This document shows positions 48,856 through 57,418 of a DNA stretch of 64,000 nt, piece by piece. The notes beneath the pieces are model-generated. The model had not been told where the DNA came from, did not search any database, and was given only the letters and a program-made list of their open reading frames with translations. The DNA comes from an uncultured Gammaproteobacteria bacterium (GTDB lineage: Bacteria > Patescibacteriota > Microgenomatia > Daviesbacterales > UBA10151): positions 89,083 to 153,082 of the forward strand of contig CAYOOO010000001.1 in NCBI GenBank assembly GCA_964405655.1, read 5' to 3'. The translations under genes were made by a program, and so were the position numbers. Within the stretch, counting starts at the first letter, position 1. Every line of letters starts with the position of its first letter.

Positions 48856-50184
48856 TCACCAAATGTCGTAAAATTTTATGAAAGCATCGCGATCTGGACC
48901 TGTTCCAATCAGCCATAAATTGGCATTAGGTGCACCTTTCCTAATTGTATCTTCTAAAGCTTCTAAGTATGCCCTGGCTTGCTTGGGCCATTGACTGGTG
49001 TTAGTGCTTCTAGAGATATCTTGTTCCCAACCCGGAAATCTATCCTTTAATGGATAATAAGGGCTACATTCTCTTAACTGAGCATCATCAATTGGGAAAT
49101 CAGTTATTTTTCCAGCTTCATCCTGCCTCTTGTAAGCTCTACAAATCATTAATGGATCAAAACCAGTTAGCACATCGATTCGAGTGACCGCAAAATCTGT
49201 ATAACCGTTTAAGGCTGCTGAGTATTTAGCTGCTACACCATCAAAATAACCCACACGGCGGGGCCGGCCAGTAGTTGTACCGAATTCATTACCTTTATTT
49301 CTTAATCTGTCTCCTAGCTCGTTTTTTAGCTCAGTTGGCATACCACCATTCCCGACTCTGGACTGATAAGCTTTGAATACTCCAATTGCCCGGTGAGGAT
49401 AGGTTGAAGGTATACCTGCGCCAACTAGTAGTCCAGAAACAACTGTATTTGACGAGGTCACATCAGGATAAGTTCCAAAGTCTAAATCAAGTAAAGTACC
49501 TTGAGCGCCTTCGACAACAACTCTTTTGTTTTCATTTAAACTGTTTCTGACTACCGGCAGACTGTCCCGGATTAAATCTTTAAACATTCTAGATGACTCT
49601 CCGATTAAACCTTCATACATCTCAGGGTAAAGAAGTTGCTTATTGGTCCCTGGGTATGACCTCTCTCTGAGGATAGCCAAAGTTTGAGCTAGTTTGGTCA
49701 TGCATCTGTCTGGATCTCTTAATAGTCCGATTCGTAAGCCAATCCTTTCAGCTTTATCTGTATAAGCTGGACCAATTCCTCTTCCAGTGGTTCCGATACT
49801 AACCTCGCCTAAGCTTTTCTCGCTGCCCTGATCTCTTTGTTGATGATAAGACAGAATAAAATGGGCGCGCGGATCAATCATTAAGTTACGCCCATTGACA
49901 AATCCTCTTCCAGCTAGACTGCTTACTTCACCAATTAAGCCAGTCAAGCTTATGACCATACCAGGTCCTAAGATATTTAATACATCGGGATTGAAAACTC
50001 CTGAAGGAATAAGGTGTAATTTGAATTCTCCCTGAGGATTAACTACAGTGTGTCCAGCATTATCTCCTCCCTGAGCCCTAATAACAATATCTGCACTTTG
50101 AGCAAGTAGATCAGCTACTTTGCCCTTGCCTTCATCACCCCATTGACCGCCGTTAATTACAGCAACTGGATTTTCAGTAGACAC
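48856..50184 (-). CDS. purA: Adenylosuccinate synthetase
   Basis: QWGDEGKGK, GGDNAGHT, IGTTGRGIGPAY.DK, EGAQG, TTGRPRRVG. Confidence 0.96.
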   Translation of the reverse strand: MSTENPVAVINGGQWGDEGKGKVADLLAQSADIVIRAQGGDNAGHTVVNPQGEFKLHLIPSGVFNPDVLNILGPGMVISLTGLIGEVSSLAGRGFVNGRNLMIDPRAHFILSYHQQRDQGSEKSLGEVSIGTTGRGIGPAYTDKAERIGLRIGLLRDPDRCMTKLAQTLAILRERSYPGTNKQLLYPEMYEGLIGESSRMFKDLIRDSLPVVRNSLNENKRVVVEGAQGTLLDLDFGTYPDVTSSNTVVSGLLVGAGIPSTYPHRAIGVFKAYQSRVGNGGMPTELKNELGDRLRNKGNEFGTTTGRPRRVGYFDGVAAKYSAALNGYTDFAVTRIDVLTGFDPLMICRAYKRQDEAGKITDFPIDDAQLRECSPYYPLKDRFPGWEQDISRSTNTSQWPKQARAYLEALEDTIRKGAPNANLWLIGTGPDRDAFIKFYDIW

Positions 50185-50232
50185 AAGTTTTGACTATAGT
50201 AATTTGTGCTCAAGGTGTCAAGTGGTAGTTAG

Positions 50233-50248
50233 TTCGGGTCTTGTTGGG
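50233..50248 (+). promoter_or_regulatory. Candidate LexA operator upstream of uvrB
   Basis: TTCGG-gtcttg-TTGGG upstream of a TATAAT -10 (50260-50265). Confidence 0.5.
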
Positions 50249-50273
50249 GAAATTTGATGTATAATAAATAGTT

Positions 50274-52289
50274 ATGTCTCGATTTAAGTTAACTTCAAAT
50301 TTTAAGCCAACGGGTGATCAACCTCAAGCGGTTAAAAAACTTATTAAAGGTGCAGAAAATAGTGAGAAGCACCAAGTTTTACTGGGAGTAACAGGGAGTG
50401 GTAAGACCTTTACCATGGCTAATGTTATCCAGGGGTTGCAAAAACCAACTCTAGTGATTTCTCACAATAAAACCTTAGCTGGTCAACTAGCCCAAGAATT
50501 CCGTTCGTTATTTCCTCAAAATGCGGTTGAATATTTTGTCTCCTATTATGATTACTACCAGCCAGAGGCTTATATTCCCCAATCTGATACATATGTTGAG
50601 AAAGAAACTGAGATCAATGAGGAGATTGAGAAATTAAGATTATCCACCACTACTTCTTTGATGACCCGCAAGGATGTGGTAGTAGTAGCCTCGGTTTCTT
50701 GTATCTATAACCTGGGTTCACCAATTGAATATGGAGGTGCAATCTTAGACTTAAAACAGGGGGTCAGAATCGCCTTTGAATCAGTCCTGAAGATGCTACA
50801 AAAGATGTTTTACCAAAGAAATGATATCGACTTTAAAAGATCTACTTTTAGGGTAACAGGCGATACATTAGATATCTTTCCTTCTTACTCTGACTCTGCT
50901 GTTAGGGTTGAGTTTTTAGGAGATAAGATTGAGAGAGTCTCACAGCTTGACCCTTTGACTGGTCAAATAATTCCTACCTCTCAAACTGTTACTATTTATC
51001 CAGCCAAACATTATATAACTCCAGAGCAAAGACTAAAACCAGCTGTTTCTCAAATCGAAGAAGATCTGAGAGCCAGAGTATCCGAACTAAAAAGAGAGAA
51101 TAAGTTGCTGGAGGCTCAAAGGCTCGAGCAAAGAACTTTTTATGATTTAGAAATGATCAAAGAGTACGGGTTTTGTAATGGTATTGAAAACTACTCTCGC
51201 TATTTTGATAGTAGAAACCCTGGTGATCCTCCATTCACATTGCTTGACTACTTTCCAAAAGGTTATCTTTTAATTATTGATGAGTCCCATATTACTTTGC
51301 CGCAAATTAGAGGTATGTATAACGGTGACAGATCAAGAAAAGAAACCTTGGTAGATTTTGGTTTTAGATTACCATCAGCCTTAGATAACAGACCGCTTAA
51401 GTTTGAAGAGTTTCAAAGAAGGATAAATCAGGTGATCTATGTTTCTGCTACTCCGGATGAATATGAATTGTCTTTAGCGGGAGTTGACACCTCCGATGTG
51501 TCAAGTACATTCCACATCGGAGGTGGAAATGTTGCCCAACAGTTAATCAGACCAACAGGAATTGTTGACCCTCAAATAAGTGTTAGACCAACAAAAGGAC
51601 AAATAGAGGACGTAATTGTTGAGGTAGGGATAAGAGTTAAGAGAGGAGAGAGGGTTTTAATTACTACCCTGACTAAGCGAATGGCAGAGGATTTGAGTGA
51701 GTATCTTTTGGATAAGGGAATTAAGGTTAACTATTTACACTCAGATATTGAAACACTGAAACGCTCAGATATCCTTCAATCTCTGCGCCTAGGGGAATAT
51801 GATGTAATTGTTGGAATTAATCTTTTAAGGGAAGGTTTAGATCTGCCTGAGGTTTCCCTGGTTATTATCCTAGATGCAGATAAAGAGGGTTTTTTGCGGT
51901 CCAAAACCTCCTTAATTCAAACTATGGGAAGAGCTGCTAGGCATGCCAAGGGTGAGGTTATTATGTATGCAGATCACCAGACAAAATCAATGAGAGCAGC
52001 CATTGATGAGGTGGAGCGCAGAAGAAAGTATCAGATGGACTACAATAAGAGAAATAAAATCACACCAAAAAGCATTGAAAAAGAACTAAGAGAGAGATTG
52101 ATTGATAAGGTTGAGGAGTTAGAGGAAAAATCTGGAAAGCAGATTCTAAGTATAGATGATATTCCTCCTAAGGAAAGAGAAAAAATGATCAAGATATTAG
52201 AGCAGCAGATGATTCAAGCTGCCCAAATTCTTGATTTTGAAGAAGCTGCCAGAATCAGAGACCAAATTAAAGAGTTAAGCAACTCTTAA
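50274..52289 (+). CDS. uvrB: Excinuclease ABC subunit B
   Basis: GVTGSGKT, YYDYYQPEAY, DESH, GFRLPSA.DNRPL, QTMGRAAR, UVR tail. Confidence 0.98.
   Translation: MSRFKLTSNFKPTGDQPQAVKKLIKGAENSEKHQVLLGVTGSGKTFTMANVIQGLQKPTLVISHNKTLAGQLAQEFRSLFPQNAVEYFVSYYDYYQPEAYIPQSDTYVEKETEINEEIEKLRLSTTTSLMTRKDVVVVASVSCIYNLGSPIEYGGAILDLKQGVRIAFESVLKMLQKMFYQRNDIDFKRSTFRVTGDTLDIFPSYSDSAVRVEFLGDKIERVSQLDPLTGQIIPTSQTVTIYPAKHYITPEQRLKPAVSQIEEDLRARVSELKRENKLLEAQRLEQRTFYDLEMIKEYGFCNGIENYSRYFDSRNPGDPPFTLLDYFPKGYLLIIDESHITLPQIRGMYNGDRSRKETLVDFGFRLPSALDNRPLKFEEFQRRINQVIYVSATPDEYELSLAGVDTSDVSSTFHIGGGNVAQQLIRPTGIVDPQISVRPTKGQIEDVIVEVGIRVKRGERVLITTLTKRMAEDLSEYLLDKGIKVNYLHSDIETLKRSDILQSLRLGEYDVIVGINLLREGLDLPEVSLVIILDADKEGFLRSKTSLIQTMGRAARHAKGEVIMYADHQTKSMRAAIDEVERRRKYQMDYNKRNKITPKSIEKELRERLIDKVEELEEKSGKQILSIDDIPPKEREKMIKILEQQMIQAAQILDFEEAARIRDQIKELSNS
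51484..51528. repeat. In-frame palindromic insertion in uvrB
   Basis: 13-bp inverted repeat CACCTCCGATGTG (51488-51500) / CACATCGGAGGTG (51513-51525). Confidence 0.75.
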
Positions 52290-52453
52290 TGCTTTTTGAA
52301 CCTGTCCAAATTGCTAGTTATTATAGGACAAAATTATAAAATTTCAATAGGTTTTAAAGTTAATTTAAAGATTAGGGCTTTAAAAAGTTTGCAAAAGTTG
52401 TTAAAATAAGGACCGCTTTCATTCGCGTTTTGTTAGCATTGTAACACTTACAA

Positions 52454-55360
52454 ATGGCCTTTGATAAAATCATTATTAAGGGAGCTAGGGAAAATAACTT
52501 AAAAAATATTGACTTGGAGCTTCCTAAAAACCGCTTAATTGTTTTTACTGGCATTTCTGGATCCGGTAAATCTTCTTTAGCTTTTGATACTCTTTATGCT
52601 GAAGGACAAAGAAGATATGTTGAGAGTCTTTCAGCTTATGCTAGGCAGTTTTTAGGAGTGATGGATAAACCAGATGTTGATTATATTGAAGGTTTATCTC
52701 CCGCTATTTCAATTGACCAAAAAAGCGCCTCGCACAACCCTAGAAGTACAGTTGGTACAACTACTGAAATTTATGACTACCTAAGACTGCTTTTTGCTAG
52801 AGTTGGCCACCCTCACTGTCCGATTTGCGGAAGGGAAATCTCCAGAATGTCAATCGAGCAGATGACGCAAGTCATCCTGAGCGAAGTCGAAGGGTCTCAT
52901 TCAAAAAGGGGCAACCGAACTATGATTATGGCGCCAATTGTTAAAGATAGAAAAGGTGAATATAGCTCGCTTTTTGAAGATTTAAGAAAAAAAGGTTACT
53001 CAAAAGTTAGGATAGACGGACAAGTTCGGGACTTAGCCGAAGATTTTCTTTTAATAAAAACTAACAAACATACAATCGATGCAGTGATCGATCGTATGGT
53101 TTTGGATAAAAAAAGTATACATGATCAAAAAATATCCTCAAGATTGTCACAATCAATAGAAACAGCGGTCAAATTAGGCGAAGGGTCAGTGATTGTTTCA
53201 GAGGTGCTAGATGCTTCTTTAGACTTTCCTGCTAATCCTAAGAAACTAAAGGATCACCTTTTCTCCGAAAGATTTGCTTGTCCGATCGATAATACTGCTT
53301 TAGCGGAAATTGAACCAAGATTGTTCTCTTTTAACTCTCCTCATGGTGCCTGTCCTGAGTGCACTGGATTGGGAACGCTTCTAGAGATTGATCCTGAGTC
53401 AATTTTAAATCCTATTTTATCTATTGCAGAAGGAGGGATTTTGCCCTGGCAGAAATTGGCAACTCATGAGACTTGGTTCACCAGATTGATTGAGGCTGTA
53501 GGAAAAGAGTATAACTTTGATCTCTTTACCAGGTTAGGTCATATCTCAGAGCAAGCGCGTAATGTACTGCTTTATGGAGCAGGTGATAAGGAGTTTAAGG
53601 TTGAAGGCAAAAATAGGCAAGGTCGTTGGACACACTTTTATTCAAATTTTGGCGGACTGGTGGCTTACTTAAAGGAGAGGCATACGGAAACTGAGTCGGA
53701 TTATGTCAAGGCTGAAATTGAAAAATACATGATTAAAGAGATCTGTCCAAAATGCGGCGGCGCCAGACTTAAAGAAGAAGCATTATCTATTACAGTTGAT
53801 GGATTAAATATCTCAGAATTAACTAGTCAATCAATTCGTGCTGGACTGAGTTGGGTTAAATCATCAGTTGCACCAAAGTTGTCAGACAGAGAGCTGGTTA
53901 TCGCTAAATCTATCTTGAAAGAAATTCAATCAAGGCTTCAGTTTTTGGTTGATGTGGGACTTGATTATCTAACACTGGACAGAGCAGCTGCAACTCTCGC
54001 GGGTGGGGAATCTCAAAGAATTAGACTAGCTTCCCAGATAGGTTCAGGGTTATCAGGTGTTTTATATGTTTTAGATGAACCATCAATTGGTTTACATCAG
54101 CGTGATAACTCCAGATTGATTGAGACTCTCAAAAGACTGAGAGACCTAGGGAATACGGTTGTGGTTAACGAACATGACGCAGAGACAATGGAAAATGCTG
54201 ATTTACTGGTTGAGATAGGTCCTGGCGCAGGGGAACACGGCGGTGAGATTGTTACTTTTGGTACTCCGGATCAGATCAGAAGAAGCAGTCTGTCTTTAAC
54301 GGGCAAATATCTATCTGGTAAAAAAAAGATTGAGATTATAGCTGAGAGGAAGACATCAGAGCAGGCTGGGATTTTGGAGATTCTTGGAGCCAGTGAACAT
54401 AATTTAAAAGCAATTGATGTTAAAATCCCCTTAGGCAGGTTTATAGCAGTAACTGGAGTTTCAGGTTCAGGTAAATCGACTCTGGTTCATGATATTTTGT
54501 ACCGGACCCTCGCCCAAAAGATTTACCGTTCAAGGGAGAAACCAGGTAACCATAAAGGAATTGTTGGAGCTGAAAATGTTGATAAAGTTGTTTTAGTTGA
54601 TCAATCACCAATTGGTCGAACCCCTAGATCCAATCCAGCTACTTACACAGGCGCTTTTACATTTATCAGAGAGTTATTTTCTTCATCACCTGAAGCCAAA
54701 ATCCGCGGATACGGACCAGGTCGATTCTCTTTTAATGTTAAGGGAGGCAGGTGTGAAGTTTGTGAGGGAGAGGGTCAAATAAAGATTGAGATGCAGTTTT
54801 TACCTGATGTTTTTGTGACTTGTGAGTCCTGTAATGGTAAAAGGTACAATCGGGAGGCCCTAGAGATTCACTTTAAGGATAAAAACATTGCTGAGGTTTT
54901 AGATATGACTGTCGAAGAGGCTTTAGATTTCTTCAAGAATATTCCTCAAATTAAAAACAAGTTGACAGTTCTAAATGACGTCGGGCTTGGTTATATAAGA
55001 CTTGGTCAAAGCGCTACTACTTTATCTGGTGGAGAGGCTCAGAGAGTCAAGCTTTCGACAGAGCTTTCAAAAAGACCCACCGGTCATACCATCTACATTT
55101 TAGATGAACCAACTACTGGTTTGCATTTTGCTGATATTGAAAGACTGCTCCATATTCTCAGAAGACTAGTTAATGTAGGTAACACAGTCATAATTATTGA
55201 ACATAATTTGGATGTTATAAAAAACTCAGATTGGATTATTGATTTAGGTCCTGAAGGCGGTAATGGTGGCGGGCAGATCGTTGCCCAAGGTTCACCAAAA
55301 GAGGTAGCACAAAATAAAAACTCATTTACTGGTCAATATCTGGCAAAAATAATCAGTTAG
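52454..55360 (+). CDS. uvrA: Excinuclease ABC subunit A
   Basis: Two Walker A motifs (GISGSGKS, GVSGSGKS), zinc fingers, LSGGEAQR. Confidence 0.98.
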   Translation: MAFDKIIIKGARENNLKNIDLELPKNRLIVFTGISGSGKSSLAFDTLYAEGQRRYVESLSAYARQFLGVMDKPDVDYIEGLSPAISIDQKSASHNPRSTVGTTTEIYDYLRLLFARVGHPHCPICGREISRMSIEQMTQVILSEVEGSHSKRGNRTMIMAPIVKDRKGEYSSLFEDLRKKGYSKVRIDGQVRDLAEDFLLIKTNKHTIDAVIDRMVLDKKSIHDQKISSRLSQSIETAVKLGEGSVIVSEVLDASLDFPANPKKLKDHLFSERFACPIDNTALAEIEPRLFSFNSPHGACPECTGLGTLLEIDPESILNPILSIAEGGILPWQKLATHETWFTRLIEAVGKEYNFDLFTRLGHISEQARNVLLYGAGDKEFKVEGKNRQGRWTHFYSNFGGLVAYLKERHTETESDYVKAEIEKYMIKEICPKCGGARLKEEALSITVDGLNISELTSQSIRAGLSWVKSSVAPKLSDRELVIAKSILKEIQSRLQFLVDVGLDYLTLDRAAATLAGGESQRIRLASQIGSGLSGVLYVLDEPSIGLHQRDNSRLIETLKRLRDLGNTVVVNEHDAETMENADLLVEIGPGAGEHGGEIVTFGTPDQIRRSSLSLTGKYLSGKKKIEIIAERKTSEQAGILEILGASEHNLKAIDVKIPLGRFIAVTGVSGSGKSTLVHDILYRTLAQKIYRSREKPGNHKGIVGAENVDKVVLVDQSPIGRTPRSNPATYTGAFTFIRELFSSSPEAKIRGYGPGRFSFNVKGGRCEVCEGEGQIKIEMQFLPDVFVTCESCNGKRYNREALEIHFKDKNIAEVLDMTVEEALDFFKNIPQIKNKLTVLNDVGLGYIRLGQSATTLSGGEAQRVKLSTELSKRPTGHTIYILDEPTTGLHFADIERLLHILRRLVNVGNTVIIIEHNLDVIKNSDWIIDLGPEGGNGGGQIVAQGSPKEVAQNKNSFTGQYLAKIIS

Positions 55361-55404
55361 ATTAACTGCTTTTCTGTTATTATTTTAATAAGTCGAAATT
55401 CCCT

Positions 55405-57294
55405 ATGAGTAAACGTATTTATTTAACCCTTCAGCGACTAATTTTTGGCTTCTTTTTTATTATTGTTTTATTAACCTTTCCTCTCAAAGCTTTGGCAGAA
55501 GGAGAATTTGCCCATTCATACAAAGTAAGTTATGAGATTGAAAGTTCGGGCGAGACAACTGTTACTCAAGTTATAACTATTAAGAATCTAACTGACAAAT
55601 ACTATGCATCTTCTTTCTCCTTATCAATTGGATCAACCCAGCTTAGTGATATTAGCGCCTCTGATACTCAAGGGCCGCTTCAGGTCCAAACTCAAAGGAA
55701 TGGTCCTAAAACAAAAATTGATGTCAAATTCTCCTCTCAAGTTATAGGTAAAGATAAGGATTACAAATGGACGCTGAAGTTTAAGTCAAAGGATTTTGCT
55801 CAAAACTTGGGCAAGGTCTGGCAGGTATCCCTACCACGGATTTCCAACTCACCCTCAATGCAAGATTATACTTTGATACTCTCGGTTCCAGTTGAATTCG
55901 GAGACCCAACTAGCTTGATTCCAGATCCAAAGAGCCAAAATGAATCAGGAGGCAGACTGAATTTTTTCTATGATAAGAATCAACTTTTAGAATCAGGAAT
56001 TTTGGCAAACTTCGGAACAAAACAGTTATTCCGTTTCAAATTAGGCTACAATTTAGAAAACAATAAAATCCTTCCTGCTATAGCTAAATTGCCTTTGCCA
56101 ATGGATACTGCTTACCAAAAGGTTGTTTTAGAAAAGATCGATCCCAAGCCTGACAATGTTACGATGGATACTGATGGGAATTACATTGGCTGGTTCAAAA
56201 TTGATAGAAATCAGAAATTAAAAGTTAATGTTGAGGGGCTAGTTAATCTGTTCATTAACAAGCAATACAAACAAACCAGCTTGTCTCAAGAATTGATCCA
56301 AAAATATACTTCAACAGATAAATATTGGGAAAGTGATAGTCAGCAGATTAAAACAAAGCTTGATGAAATCCTAAAAAATAGTCAGGCCACACAGGATGTT
56401 GCTAGTAAAGCCAGAAAAATTAATAAATTTGTCAGTGATTACCTGGTTTATGATGAGACCAGATTAATAAAGAGCGACTATGAAAGATTTGGAGCTTTAG
56501 CGGCTTTGCTCAATCCAGATAAAGCCCTTTGCTCAGAATTTACAGATCTGTTTATTGCTCTCACAAGAGGTGCTGATGTCCCTAGCCGGGCGCTAATAGG
56601 TTATGCCTATACTACCAATAAAGAGTTGCGCCCCCTCTCCTTAGAGGATAGTATACTTCATGCCTGGCCTGAGTATTTTGATCCAGCCTCAGGCTGGACC
56701 ATGATTGACCCGACTTGGCAAAACACCACTGGCGGCGTTGACTATTTCTCTAAGTTTGATTTGAACCATTTTGTCTTGGCTATCCGGGGAAGTTCTTCCA
56801 ACTCTCCTGTGCCCGCTGATGAGGTTAAAGTAGAGTTTACCCAAGATCTGTTTAAAGCTGAACCGAAATTAAAGATGACAATCGATGCTCCCAGCCAAAT
56901 TTTTGCTGGTTTTCCTTCCCAGGCTAAGGTTAGGATCGAAAATGTTGGCAACACCGCTTATTCACAAACTAAAGTTTCCTTTAGTGCTGGCAATTTAGGC
57001 TTATCAGGTAATCAAAACTTTACCCTGCCAACTCTTCCTCCTTTTGGTTTCCAGGAATATAAGTTTGACTTAAATAGTGGTAATCTTTGGTCGTCCTTTG
57101 AAGATATACTCCAGCTTAGGGTTGGGGACGATAACTCAGTTAACCAGCGCATCATCATTAAACCATTCTTTGCCCATAAATATTTCTCATATATAGTTAT
57201 TGCTTTAGCTGGAATCATGCTTTTAATTTATCTAATATTTTTAATAATCCATCTTAACAAAAAAACTTTTAATAAGATCCAACATCCAAAATGA
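55405..57294 (+). CDS. Membrane-anchored transglutaminase-like domain protein
   Basis: Signal/TM N-terminus, CSEFTDLF..L.R (Cys), HAWPE (His), DPTW (Asp), C-terminal TM. Confidence 0.88.
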   Translation: MSKRIYLTLQRLIFGFFFIIVLLTFPLKALAEGEFAHSYKVSYEIESSGETTVTQVITIKNLTDKYYASSFSLSIGSTQLSDISASDTQGPLQVQTQRNGPKTKIDVKFSSQVIGKDKDYKWTLKFKSKDFAQNLGKVWQVSLPRISNSPSMQDYTLILSVPVEFGDPTSLIPDPKSQNESGGRLNFFYDKNQLLESGILANFGTKQLFRFKLGYNLENNKILPAIAKLPLPMDTAYQKVVLEKIDPKPDNVTMDTDGNYIGWFKIDRNQKLKVNVEGLVNLFINKQYKQTSLSQELIQKYTSTDKYWESDSQQIKTKLDEILKNSQATQDVASKARKINKFVSDYLVYDETRLIKSDYERFGALAALLNPDKALCSEFTDLFIALTRGADVPSRALIGYAYTTNKELRPLSLEDSILHAWPEYFDPASGWTMIDPTWQNTTGGVDYFSKFDLNHFVLAIRGSSSNSPVPADEVKVEFTQDLFKAEPKLKMTIDAPSQIFAGFPSQAKVRIENVGNTAYSQTKVSFSAGNLGLSGNQNFTLPTLPPFGFQEYKFDLNSGNLWSSFEDILQLRVGDDNSVNQRIIIKPFFAHKYFSYIVIALAGIMLLIYLIFLIIHLNKKTFNKIQHPK

Positions 57295-57302
57295 ATCCTC
57301 TG

Positions 57303-57403
57303 AGCCTATTAAAGGGAGTGTTCGCCTAGGCGGATCAGCTTTTTTCTTACCCGCCTGCGGCGGGATCGAAATAGCAAAAAGCTCTTTTCTGCTGATTTAG
57401 GCT
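57303..57403. repeat. Nested inverted-repeat cluster with two REP-like palindromes
   Basis: AGCCTA...TAGGCT and AGCTTTTT...AAAAAGCT enclose TTCGCCTAGGCGGAT and CCCGCCTGCGGCGGG. Confidence 0.6.
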
Positions 57404-57418
57404 ATAATCTTAAGCTGT

